Below, piece by piece: positions 49,897 to 58,401 of a stretch of DNA of 64,000 nucleotides. The stretch comes from a virus: positions 28,260 through 92,259 of the IMG/VR virus record IMGVR_UViG_3300025154_000061; one strand, written 5' to 3'. Every line of letters begins with the position of its first letter. Position 1 is the stretch's first letter. The notes beneath the pieces were generated by a model, which made no database searches, was not told where the DNA came from, and saw only the letters and a program-made list of their open reading frames with translations. Made by a program: the position numbers and the translations under genes.

Positions 49897-51549
49897 GTGA
49901 AGTCGATCGCCGTGATCATCCCCGCCTTCAAGGCCGAGGCGTTCCTCGGCGAGTCACTCGACTCGGTGCTCTCGCAGAAGACCCCCGAGGGGATCGTCGT
50001 CGAGGTGCTCGTCGGGATCGACGCCTGCCCCTCGTCGCGTGACGCCGCCCTCGCCTACGTCGCCGCCTGTCACGATCGCCGCCTGCGCCTCTTCTACGCG
50101 GCCGAGAACGTGGGCGCCTACGTCGTGCGAAACGCGTTGGCGCGCAAGACGACGGCCGACGTGCTCGTCTTTCACGACGCCGACGACGTCATGCTTCCCG
50201 GGCACCTCGCCGAGATCGCCGAGGGGTTCGAGAGGCTCCCCGCGATCGACGTCGTGCGCAACCGTTGGCTTTTAGACGGGCCTAATCCCCGGATCGTCCC
50301 GGGCTTCGGCGAGGGGCACTTCGCGATCTCGCGCGCCTCGTTCGAACTCGCAGGCGGCTTCGCCCCGTGGCGCGTGGCGGGCGACACCGAGTTCCGCCTT
50401 CGTGGGAACGCCTTCGGCTTCTCGACGCTGCAACTCGCGACCCCGGGCTTCGTCTACCGTCAGCACGCCGCGCAGGCGACACGCGCGATCCCCGGCGCCA
50501 AGGGCGACGAGCGCGCCCGCCGCCGCGCCGAGATCAAAGAGCGGGCCGAGAAGTGGGAAGGCGGCGAGGTCGTCGAGCCCGAGAGCTTCGCCGTCGTCGA
50601 CCTCGATCCGCTCGAATGGGCGTGGTCGTCGCTTGCCCCGGTTCACGTCTGCCTGTGCTCGTTCCCGCCGCGCGCCGCGAGCCTGCGCGAGACGCTGCGA
50701 TCGCTGCTCGCGCAGTTGCCGTCGAACGGGTGCGTTCACGTCTACCTGAACGACTACGCCGACGGCGAGATCCCGCCCGAGTGCTTCGACCCGCGCGTCG
50801 ACTGCGTGCGCTCGCAAGACGCCGTCGGCGACTTGGGCGACGTCGGGAAGTTCTACTTCGTCGGGCACGTCGAGGGCTACTACCTCACCGTCGACGACGA
50901 CTTCGTCTACCCTCGCGACTACGTCGAGCGCGTCGTCGAGGCGATCGAGGCCCGAGGGCGGCGCGCTGCGGTCGGCTTTCACGGCGTCGTCTTCAACCCC
51001 GAAGGCACGACGACCCACGGGCAGCGCGACAAGTTCTACCCCGTGCTCTCGAACCAACCCGCGCCGCAGTGGGTCAACATGCTCGGCACGGGCGTTCTCG
51101 GCTTTCACACCTCGGCGATCTTGCTATCGCTCGAAGCCTTCCCCGTGCGCAACATGGCCGACGTTTGGTTCGCCCTCACGGCGAAGCGCCAAGGCGTTCC
51201 GCTGTGCTGCCTCGCCCACGTCAAGACGTGGTTGACGCTTTGTCCGTCGTGCGATCAAGCCGTCTCGATCTGGCAGTCGAGCGCCAAGCGCGACGGCACG
51301 CCGCGCAACACCGCGCAAGTTCAGATCGAAACGATCGCCGCCTGCGCCCCGTGGCCCGTGATCGGGACGAACGAACGGGGCGAGACGTTCGTCGTCTACC
51401 GCGTCGACCGTCGAGATCCTGCGGCGCCCAAGACGGCCGCAACGCCCGCGCCCGAGGCCCCGCCCGCCACGACCAAGACGGGCGCGCCCGCCGCCCGCCT
51501 GCCGCGCTTCTCACTGCGCGTCGGCGGCGAACGTGCCCGGGGGCAATAG
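49897..51549 (+). CDS. Two-domain GT-A (GT2-like) glycosyltransferase
   Basis: VIIPAF...NVGAYVVRN...FHDADD; second domain SFPPR...KFYF...LTVDDDFVYP...LGTG. Confidence 0.85.
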   Translation: MKSIAVIIPAFKAEAFLGESLDSVLSQKTPEGIVVEVLVGIDACPSSRDAALAYVAACHDRRLRLFYAAENVGAYVVRNALARKTTADVLVFHDADDVMLPGHLAEIAEGFERLPAIDVVRNRWLLDGPNPRIVPGFGEGHFAISRASFELAGGFAPWRVAGDTEFRLRGNAFGFSTLQLATPGFVYRQHAAQATRAIPGAKGDERARRRAEIKERAEKWEGGEVVEPESFAVVDLDPLEWAWSSLAPVHVCLCSFPPRAASLRETLRSLLAQLPSNGCVHVYLNDYADGEIPPECFDPRVDCVRSQDAVGDLGDVGKFYFVGHVEGYYLTVDDDFVYPRDYVERVVEAIEARGRRAAVGFHGVVFNPEGTTTHGQRDKFYPVLSNQPAPQWVNMLGTGVLGFHTSAILLSLEAFPVRNMADVWFALTAKRQGVPLCCLAHVKTWLTLCPSCDQAVSIWQSSAKRDGTPRNTAQVQIETIAACAPWPVIGTNERGETFVVYRVDRRDPAAPKTAATPAPEAPPATTKTGAPAARLPRFSLRVGGERARGQ

Positions 51550-51605
51550 ACGATCCCGACTTCTCGTGCTAGGCTTCCCGCCGTGACACGGTCCCGAGGA
51601 ACACC

Positions 51606-51986
51606 TTGACCACCAACGAGATCGCGGAAGAACTGACCCGGCTCGAACCGCTCGTCGCCGGGCTCGCGAAGAAGGTCGATCGCGCGACCGCCCGGGGCGT
51701 GGGCGAGGCGTTGCTCGAACTGCGCAAGAGCGCGGGGGCCGACGAGCAGATCTCGAAGTTGATCGACTCGCTCTTCGCTTCCGCGCTGGCGTGCTCGAAG
51801 GCGGCGTCGGCGTCGCGGCCCGGCATGGCGGCGTCGCACGCGACGGCGCTCGCCCGTCTGCTCGCGAGCACGCTCGAAGTCGTGCGGGGGCAGGCAAGGT
51901 CGACGCAAACGTCGCCGCCTGCGGCCGACGTCGTAGCGGCGTGGCCCTCTCGCTTCGACGGGCAAGTGCTCGTCGTGAAGGGGTAG
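51606..51986 (+). CDS. Hypothetical protein
   Basis: GAGGA RBS, TTG start; upstream TAGACG-17-TAGGCT. Confidence 0.55.
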   Translation: MTTNEIAEELTRLEPLVAGLAKKVDRATARGVGEALLELRKSAGADEQISKLIDSLFASALACSKAASASRPGMAASHATALARLLASTLEVVRGQARSTQTSPPAADVVAAWPSRFDGQVLVVKG

Positions 51987-51989
51987 AGC

Positions 51990-52946
51990 ATGGGCGACCA
52001 GATCGAGCGACTCACCGCCGAAGACCTCGCCGGATCCGGCGCCGCACGCGAGCACGTTCCCGCGCTGCTCGAACGATTGAACCTGCTCGTCGACCGCGCC
52101 AACGCTGGCGGCGACTCGGGGCTCACCTTCGAGACGATCGCCGCGCTGCGCGCGCAGTCAACCGAGGGCTTCCTATCCGGCCGTGCCGCGATCGTGAAGG
52201 CGGCGCAGATCGGCGGCGAAGGCCCGGCCGTCGCGGTCGAGTTCCTCTTCGCCGCGACGGTCGACGCGACGCTCTTCGCCGCCACCGACGAGGCGCGCGC
52301 CGAGGCCGAGGCGGCGCTCGTCGTGATCCCCAACGCGATCTGGCAAACGACGAAGGTCGGCGCGTGGTTGGGGGCGCTTCCCGCTGCCTACAACGGGGGC
52401 GGCGACACGGTCTCTTCGACGGGCAAGCTCGACGAGGCGATCTTCTCGGGGCACGTCTACTTCGGCGGCGAGACGGGCGGCGCGCCTGCCGAGCCGATCC
52501 TTCCGATCGACGAGTTCGTCGCCCCGTTTGCGTTCAATCCCGACCGCATTCGCGATCAAGACGGCGTCTACCTAGACGCGTTCCTGTCGGCGGCCGGGAA
52601 CGGCGCGGGGGCGGAGGGCAACGCCGACTTCCCGAACACGACGCGGCACGTATTCGCGCAGACCCTACGCTTCAAGGTGCGCCTGTGGGCGCTCCGCAAC
52701 GACGAGTTCGTCGCGCACGACGTCTCGCCCGCGATCGAGATCTCGCCCGTTCAACCGCAGGGGCGTTGGTCGCTGGCGCGCGTGTCGTGGCAGATCACGA
52801 AGCAAGACCTGACCCCGCCCGAGGGGTTCTCGGTCGTGGCGTGGGGGCTACAGGGCTACTGCGCCGGGTTGAACGCCGCGATCGTCCCGCACGTCGTTCT
52901 GACGATCTCGAACACCCCGGGCGGGCCGCCGTGGGTGAAGCTGTAG
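51990..52946 (+). CDS. Hypothetical protein (possibly virion-associated)
   Basis: Beta-rich C-terminus; AAGGGG RBS. Confidence 0.6.
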   Translation: MGDQIERLTAEDLAGSGAAREHVPALLERLNLLVDRANAGGDSGLTFETIAALRAQSTEGFLSGRAAIVKAAQIGGEGPAVAVEFLFAATVDATLFAATDEARAEAEAALVVIPNAIWQTTKVGAWLGALPAAYNGGGDTVSSTGKLDEAIFSGHVYFGGETGGAPAEPILPIDEFVAPFAFNPDRIRDQDGVYLDAFLSAAGNGAGAEGNADFPNTTRHVFAQTLRFKVRLWALRNDEFVAHDVSPAIEISPVQPQGRWSLARVSWQITKQDLTPPEGFSVVAWGLQGYCAGLNAAIVPHVVLTISNTPGGPPWVKL

Positions 52947-52971
52947 CGACGCGGGGCGCCCCGTCTTCGTA
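52946..52971 (+). promoter_or_regulatory. GCGACG-N16-CGTA putative phage promoter
   Basis: Exact motif. Confidence 0.7.
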
Positions 52972-52993
52972 GAAGATCGCGAAGGTGGTAGAC

Positions 52994-53338
52994 GTGAAGC
53001 TCGCCGACGCCCGCAAGCGGTTCGACAAGACCGAGAGCGCCCCTGCGCCAACGCCCGCCCCGGCGCCCGCGTCGCCGAACCCGTTCACTCTCACGACCTC
53101 GACGACGACCCCGGGCGAAGGCGGCACGACCTCGGTCGTGTTGCTCTTCCGCTGCTCGTCGAAGCTCGTCACGCTCGCCAAGAACGACGCCAAGCTCGGC
53201 GACGCCCTTCGCGCCTCGCTGCAAGTCGCGACGGCCGAGGCGCACCCGGGCGCCGAGGTGATCTCGTTCGCTTGGGCTCTTCGCCCGCAAGACCGCGATC
53301 TCGACTTCGAGGTGCGGGCGATCGTTCGCCCGTTCTAG
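52994..53338 (+). CDS. KLADAR-leader protein
   Basis: MKLADARKRF followed by a P/A/T linker. Confidence 0.65.
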   Translation: MKLADARKRFDKTESAPAPTPAPAPASPNPFTLTTSTTTPGEGGTTSVVLLFRCSSKLVTLAKNDAKLGDALRASLQVATAEAHPGAEVISFAWALRPQDRDLDFEVRAIVRPF

Positions 53339-53574
53339 GTGCGCCTCGTGCGGTGGTCGACGATCGTCAACCGCTTCGTGCGGATCCGCGTGATCGCGGC
53401 TTCGCCCATTACTTCGAGCGCGAGCAGCGCGAGCGAACCCGCGACCCTTACGAACTCGCCAGCGACGGCGCCCGTCGAGCCCGCGAAGCTCGCGATCGCC
53501 TCGCCCGTTGCCTTCGCCGTGACGACAGCGCCTCGGGCCGTGTCGATCGCTAGCGCGACGCCCGCGCGGTTCAC
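53335..53574 (-). CDS. Small hydrophobic protein
   Basis: GTGA-coupled to the lipoprotein gene. Confidence 0.5.
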   Translation of the reverse strand: MNRAGVALAIDTARGAVVTAKATGEAIASFAGSTGAVAGEFVRVAGSLALLALEVMGEAAITRIRTKRLTIVDHRTRRT

Positions 53575-53831
53575 TTCGGCACCTCGGCGGGCTCGGGCTC
53601 GGGCGCGACGGGGACGGGCGACGCGTCGCAGGGGCACGACGAGCAGAGGTCGAACTCGTCGGTCTGCCATTCGACGAGGATCACCTCACTCTTCGGCCCG
53701 ACACACTTCGCGACGACCTTCGTCGTGCCCGGCTCGTCGCCGTCGTAGAGGTCGAGCCTCGTCTTCGGGCACACCGTCGCGCACGACACGAGCAGCGCGA
53801 GCGCGAAGAAACCGAACGCGATCCGCTTCAT
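53571..53831 (-). CDS. Small Cys-rich lipoprotein
   Basis: MKRIAFGFFALALLVSC lipobox; G-run RBS. Confidence 0.7.
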   Translation of the reverse strand: MKRIAFGFFALALLVSCATVCPKTRLDLYDGDEPGTTKVVAKCVGPKSEVILVEWQTDEFDLCSSCPCDASPVPVAPEPEPAEVPK

Positions 53832-53859
53832 GGAATCCCCCCGGGGAAGTTGCGGGGCG

Positions 53860-53949
53860 AGTCTCGCGCGCCCGCGTTCCCGCGTCAAGTGCGGCCCGTG
53901 TCGCTTTTCTGCAAAAAGTATTGACGCGGGGATTAGGCGAGCCCATACT
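53860..53949. promoter_or_regulatory. Divergent sigma70-like promoters
   Basis: Minus TTGACG-17-GAGACT (53888-53860); plus CAAAAAGTA-TTGACG-17-CATACT (53912-53949). Confidence 0.65.
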
Positions 53950-53990
53950 TTGCGTCAAGGCGGGCATGACGCCCGGCGAAGGGAATCAAG

Positions 53991-54230
53991 ATGCACGGTA
54001 ACGACGGACACATTCTGGAAACGTTGGTCGGCGGGCAGACGCGCGAGGAGTTCCTCGCCAATAGCACCGAGGGCACCTACGAGGAAATGGTCGACGCCTA
54101 CCTGCTGACGCCGTGGCTCGTCGAGGCGCTCGCCGACACCGAGAACCCCGCGAGCGAGTGCTACGACCCCGACATCAAGCCGGGCGACGTGCGGCGCGTG
54201 CTGCTCACTTGGCTGCGCGGCGCCGAGTAG
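53991..54230 (+). CDS. Small acidic protein
   Basis: First gene after A-tract promoter; AAGGGA RBS. Confidence 0.65.
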   Translation: MHGNDGHILETLVGGQTREEFLANSTEGTYEEMVDAYLLTPWLVEALADTENPASECYDPDIKPGDVRRVLLTWLRGAE

Positions 54231-54312
54231 CGCCAACGCCCCGGTTCGCCGGGCACGCGATCGCACGGGCGGCGCGTCGCTTCGCGCCCGCAACGTCTAG
54301 GAAGGTGCCGCC

Positions 54313-54564
54313 ATGACGACCACGACGCCCGCCCCCTACCTCGCAGCCCTCGACCCCGAGACGCGCGCCTTCGTGCTGCGCGAGTTCGTCGACCTGCTCG
54401 ACCTCGGGGTGCGGGTGTGGCGCGGCCCCCTCGCCGAACTGCTCGCCAGCAACGAGGAACTCGTTGACGAGCTTCCCGCCCTCGTGCGCGACGGCCGCGC
54501 GATCGTCGGCGGCGGCGCCTCGCCCCTCTACGAGATCGCGATCTCGACCGCCCTCCCGAACTGA
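54313..54564 (+). CDS. Hypothetical protein
   Basis: GGAAGG RBS. Confidence 0.6.
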   Translation: MTTTTPAPYLAALDPETRAFVLREFVDLLDLGVRVWRGPLAELLASNEELVDELPALVRDGRAIVGGGASPLYEIAISTALPN

Positions 54565-54568
54565 CCCC

Positions 54569-54594
54569 GCGACGCCAGCCCCCGCCACGACGTA
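54569..54594 (+). promoter_or_regulatory. GCGACG-N16-CGTA putative phage promoter
   Basis: Exact motif. Confidence 0.7.
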
Positions 54595-54624
54595 GAAGGG
54601 CCGAAGCCCCGAGAGGCGCCCGCC

Positions 54625-54942
54625 ATGCTCTACACCGTCGCCCCGCGTTGCATCGTCGAGGATCTCGCCGCCCGTGGCGAGCGCGTCTTCAAGGCGTATC
54701 AAGGCGTCGTCTTCGAGCACCGCGACGACGCCGAGCGCGTGCTCGCCCTCGGCTCGGGCCGGGTGCGTGTCGACGTCTCGGGGATCGAGCGCGCCTGCGT
54801 CGAAGCCCGCGTCTACGAGGTCAACGCCACGCTCGCCGACACGACGACCCCCGTCTCGCCCGAGCACGCCGAACGGCGCTTGAAGGCGCGCGCCGAGATC
54901 GTCGTCGACGTTCCCAAGCAGGAAGCCCCGCCCGACGCGTGA
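54625..54942 (+). CDS. Hypothetical protein
   Basis: GAGG RBS after promoter motif. Confidence 0.6.
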   Translation: MLYTVAPRCIVEDLAARGERVFKAYQGVVFEHRDDAERVLALGSGRVRVDVSGIERACVEARVYEVNATLADTTTPVSPEHAERRLKARAEIVVDVPKQEAPPDA

Positions 54943-55034
54943 CGTTCAACGCTGGCGCGTTTCTACGCGTCGACCCGCCTCTTCGTAGCCCCCGCGATCC
55001 CCGAACGCATCCTAGACGATCCTCGCGCGTCACG

Positions 55035-55060
55035 GCGACGACGGCGCCCCCGCAGGCGTA
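55035..55060 (+). promoter_or_regulatory. GCGACG-N16-CGTA putative phage promoter
   Basis: Exact motif. Confidence 0.7.
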
Positions 55061-55092
55061 GAAGGGGCGAGAACCGCAAGCGAGGCGCGATC

Positions 55093-55512
55093 ATGGCCGA
55101 GAAGTTGTCGATCGGGATCGTGGGATCCCGTTGGGGGATGAACGTCGCGCAGGGGCTCGCGCTCGACGCGCTCTTCGCCCGCTACACCCCCGCCCGGGTC
55201 GTTCACCACGATCGGCACGGGGCGGGGTGTCAAGCGCACTACAAGGCGCTCGCTTGCAAGATCCCGACCCTCGTCTTCCCGGTCGATCCGCCGCACGAGC
55301 GCGCCTTCGTGCGGGACGCGACGCGCACCTACAGGCCGATCCCGTGGGATGCGGCGTTGCGCGCGGTTGTTGACAGTTCCGATCTTCTCGTGACGATCCC
55401 TTGTAGTGAGACGCAGGCGCACGACGAGCTTTGGATCGCCGTCGACTACGCGCGCGAGGCGGGCGTTCCCGTCGTCGTGGTAGAGCCCGACGGCACAACC
55501 CGCAGGGGGTGA
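55093..55512 (+). CDS. SLOG-family (YspA/DprA-like) protein
   Basis: IGIVGSR...VVDSSDLLV...AVDYAREAGVPVVVV. Confidence 0.55.
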   Translation: MAEKLSIGIVGSRWGMNVAQGLALDALFARYTPARVVHHDRHGAGCQAHYKALACKIPTLVFPVDPPHERAFVRDATRTYRPIPWDAALRAVVDSSDLLVTIPCSETQAHDELWIAVDYAREAGVPVVVVEPDGTTRRG

Positions 55513-55514
55513 CG

Positions 55515-55793
55515 ATGATCAACGCGAAAGACCGCTACAAGCGCCTCGGGGGTGTGATCGCGAGCGACCTCGACGCCGACGTCGAGCGTTGGCTTCTGAC
55601 CGCCGAACCCGTCGAAATCGACGCCGACGATCCGAACCCGCTCGCCCTCGTGCTCGACAACCTGCGCAGGCGTAGGGCGCTCGGGCAGCAAGGCTCGTTC
55701 GTCGTGCTCTACGACGTCGCCGAAGAGCTTCTCGTCGAGGTCACGAACGAAAGCGTCGAGCGCGCACGCGTGGCGAAAGGGGCCGGGGCATGA
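55515..55793 (+). CDS. Hypothetical protein
   Basis: AGGGGG RBS. Confidence 0.55.
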   Translation: MINAKDRYKRLGGVIASDLDADVERWLLTAEPVEIDADDPNPLALVLDNLRRRRALGQQGSFVVLYDVAEELLVEVTNESVERARVAKGAGA

Positions 55794-56101
55794 AAGAGAA
55801 GATCACCGTCGCCGTCGACGGCTTCGGCGTCTACAAGGGGCACCGCCGCGAAGGGCGCGTCGTCGCGCTGCGCAGCGCCGAGGCGCTCGTCGCGATCCCC
55901 TTCTTCGATCCCGACGAGGTGAAGCTCGTTCGGCCCCGCGTCCGCGAGCACGTCGAGGCGTTCCGGCTCACCGACGGGATCGGCGAGTTCGACTGCGAGA
56001 TCTTCGTCGGCCTCGACGACGGGACGCACGATCTCGTTCATTCCGGTTTTCGCCTCGCCCCCGCCGATCTCGACCGCCTGCGCGCCGCCCTTACCGCCTA
56101 G
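55790..56101 (+). CDS. Hypothetical protein
   Basis: ATGA-coupled. Confidence 0.6.
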   Translation: MKEKITVAVDGFGVYKGHRREGRVVALRSAEALVAIPFFDPDEVKLVRPRVREHVEAFRLTDGIGEFDCEIFVGLDDGTHDLVHSGFRLAPADLDRLRAALTA

Positions 56102-56194
56102 TCCCGACGATCACAAAACCTAGATTGAGCGATAGCTGATTCGCGCGCACGCGCGAGGGCGCGCGATCGCCCTTGCGTTTCATGGGCGCCGCAG

Positions 56195-56286
56195 TCTATC
56201 TATAGGCTTACCTAGATACAGACACGCAAGGCCCCCAAAATCTATCTCTAGGCTTGCCTAGAGATAGGCACGCAAAGCCCCCGAAA
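56195..56286. repeat. Two imperfect 46-bp tandem units with palindromic cores
   Basis: Units start at 56195 and 56241; CTATCTCTAGGC-TT-GCCTAGAGATAG at 56242-56267. Confidence 0.8.
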
Positions 56287-56530
56287 TGCCCCGTTTCCGG
56301 CGTGCGAAAATCGCTAAATTGTGGTGAATGCGTCTCAGGATCGGGATTTTGAGACTGCTCCTTCGATCTTTCGCACTTTGCGCTCGCGGATCTCGGCGCA
56401 GTCATTCAAGAACACGACCGGGCGCGGATCGGCTCGGATCGTTGCTGGGATATTCCTTATAAGATCCTGATCTGTTATCTCTAACCAGCAACGATCCGAG
56501 CCGGGGAAATTGGGGCGTTCGGCGGGCATG

Positions 56531-56559
56531 AAAAAGCCCGGCCGAGGGGCCGAGCTTTT
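56531..56559 (-). terminator. Intrinsic terminator, possibly bidirectional
   Basis: AAAAA-GCCCGGCC-GAGG-GGCCGAGC-TTTT just downstream of the minus-strand gene. Confidence 0.7.
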
Positions 56560-56578
56560 GGAACCCCTCGGGCGGGGG

Positions 56579-57340
56579 TTACGCGGGGGTCTTCGTGCTG
56601 AACTTTTCGCGCACTTCGGCGAGCGACTTTTTCGCCTTCTTGGGGGTCGCGGGCTTGACGGTCGGCACGGGCTCGGCCGGGTAGTTCTCGGCGGGCGTGT
56701 CGTTCTCGACGACCGGCTCGGCCGCTTCGGGCTCGGGCGCGAAGGTGGGCTCGCTGGCGAAGACGGGCGCCTCGACCGGGGTCGCCTCGTCGCGGCCGTA
56801 GAAGTGTTCGACGATCTTCGTCACGAGGGCGGGCTTCGTCTCGTAGGCGCGCAGCGTAACGCCGTTGTCGCTAGCGAAGGCGCGAAGGTTCTTCACCGTG
56901 CGGCGGGCGAGATATTCGACGGCACGGGCGCGCTTCATCTTCGGGATCGAGTCGCCGATAATCTCGTCGTCGCGCTCGACCGGGGCGGCCGCGACGACGA
57001 TCTTCGGGGCCTTGACGGTGACGATCTCGGGGTTGTCGCTGCCGCCTTCGAGCACGGCGAGCGCCTCGCGAACCTGCGTCAAGGCGCGCTTCAACGACGC
57101 CTTCAAGTAGGCGAGCCCCTTCGCCGAGTTCGCGATCGACTTGTAGGAATGCGAGAAGCCCTTGCCCCGGCCGAGGCCGATCGCCTCGATCACTTCGAGC
57201 GGGTAGGTGCCCGCCGCGTCGAACGCGGGGCGGTGCGCGGTGCGGCCGCAGCACGGGCAGCGCACTTGAACGTTCGCGGTCTTCTTCGTGGTCGTGGCGG
57301 GCGCGGTCGTCGTCGTGGTCGTTTCGGGCGTGGTCGTCAT
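56579..57340 (-). CDS. Protein with Thr-rich N-terminus, CPCC motif and Rho-N/HeH-like segment
   Basis: GAAGGA RBS; TVKNLRAFASDNGVTLRAYETKPALVTKI; own promoter-like TTGCCT..TATTAT and terminator. Confidence 0.65.
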   Translation of the reverse strand: MTTTPETTTTTTAPATTTKKTANVQVRCPCCGRTAHRPAFDAAGTYPLEVIEAIGLGRGKGFSHSYKSIANSAKGLAYLKASLKRALTQVREALAVLEGGSDNPEIVTVKAPKIVVAAAPVERDDEIIGDSIPKMKRARAVEYLARRTVKNLRAFASDNGVTLRAYETKPALVTKIVEHFYGRDEATPVEAPVFASEPTFAPEPEAAEPVVENDTPAENYPAEPVPTVKPATPKKAKKSLAEVREKFSTKTPA

Positions 57341-57485
57341 GGCCGGGTTCCTTCGTTGTGCGTCATGCACGACCCCATAATAGGCGGGCCTAAAGGCAAG
57401 GCAACAAAAAAACGCACGGGAATTTTCTTCGTTTGTAATCCGACGGGATTACAGGCGAATCGGTGTGCTGATTTTCTCGTGCCGT

Positions 57486-57511
57486 GCGACGATCTGCCGT
57501 CGTTGCGCGTA
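57486..57511 (+). promoter_or_regulatory. GCGACG-N16-CGTA putative phage promoter
   Basis: Exact motif. Confidence 0.7.
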
Positions 57512-57543
57512 GAATCGCCCAAGAATCGGGGGCGGGGTGGGGC

Positions 57544-57888
57544 ATGGCGCGACGCAGGAAGAGCGAGGATCGGCTTCGTAGCGTGAACGTCGACGGCGTC
57601 GGCGCGAACGCGGTCGTGATCCTGCGAGTTCTGCTTGCCCGTGGTCACGAGAAGCGCACGGCCTCGCAGGTCGCCGCCGAAACGGGGATCGTGGTCTTCC
57701 GGGTGCGCGAGAGCTTCAAGGCGCTTGCCTCTCGGGGCGTGGTCGACCTCGATGAGCAGGGGCGCGCGTCGGCTGGCGCTGTCGCCGCGTTCGCGCTGCG
57801 CGAGATCGAGCACTCGTCGCCCGCCGTCGCGAAACTTGACGGCGTATCCCGCCCGGCTTACGCTGGCAACCGAACGAACCGCCCTTGA
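57544..57888 (+). CDS. Winged-HTH protein
   Basis: TASQVAAETGIVVFRVRESFKALASRGVV. Confidence 0.65.
   Translation: MARRRKSEDRLRSVNVDGVGANAVVILRVLLARGHEKRTASQVAAETGIVVFRVRESFKALASRGVVDLDEQGRASAGAVAAFALREIEHSSPAVAKLDGVSRPAYAGNRTNRP
57836..57864 (+). promoter_or_regulatory. Sigma70-like promoter
   Basis: TTGACG-17-TACGCT. Confidence 0.6.
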
Positions 57889-57899
57889 CGGGGATCCCC

Positions 57900-58064
57900 A
57901 TGACGAGAGCCCGGCGCTACCAGATCGCGAAGGCGTGCTCGCACGCCGCTACGACCCCGAAGAAGCCCCTCTCGCTGCGGGACGTGGGCGAGCGTCTCGG
58001 CGGCGCTGTCTTCGTGCTCGGTGTCGTCGCGCTGCTCGTCGGCGGGCTTGCCGTTGCAAGCTGA
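57900..58064 (+). CDS. 54-aa single-TM protein (not in ORF track)
   Basis: GGGGA RBS; basic N-terminus then GAVFVLGVVALLVGGLAVAS. Confidence 0.5.
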   Translation: MTRARRYQIAKACSHAATTPKKPLSLRDVGERLGGAVFVLGVVALLVGGLAVAS

Positions 58065-58362
58065 CGCCCCGACCCTTCACGACCGAATCGGCGCGCGCCT
58101 CGAAGCTCGCTTCGCGACGTTCGCCGATCTCGCCCGAGCGCTCGGCCTCACGAGGCAATCGTTTTGGAAAAAGCTCGTCAGGCGCCCCGACGACCTGCGG
58201 TTGCGCGAGATCCGCGCGATCGCGGCGTTCCTCGCCGTCCCGCCCGGGTGGTTGTTCGACGCCGACCCGCTGACGCGCGAGGATCGTCTAGGATGCGTTT
58301 CGGGCGACGGGGCGTCGACGGGTGGGGGCGACGCGACCGTCGCGACGCACGGGGGCGCCTAG
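58054..58362 (+). CDS. Cro/XRE-like HTH protein
   Basis: FADLARALGLTRQSFWKKL...IRAIAAFLAVPPGWLF; start uncertain. Confidence 0.65.
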   Translation: MQADAPTLHDRIGARLEARFATFADLARALGLTRQSFWKKLVRRPDDLRLREIRAIAAFLAVPPGWLFDADPLTREDRLGCVSGDGASTGGGDATVATHGGA

Positions 58363-58401
58363 CTCTTCGGGGAGGCCGTTTCACGGCGATCGGGGGATAG
58401 C

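Noticed and set aside
52935-52946. GTGAAGCTG resembling a KLADAR start
   Set aside because: Followed immediately by TAG; it is the end of the upstream gene.
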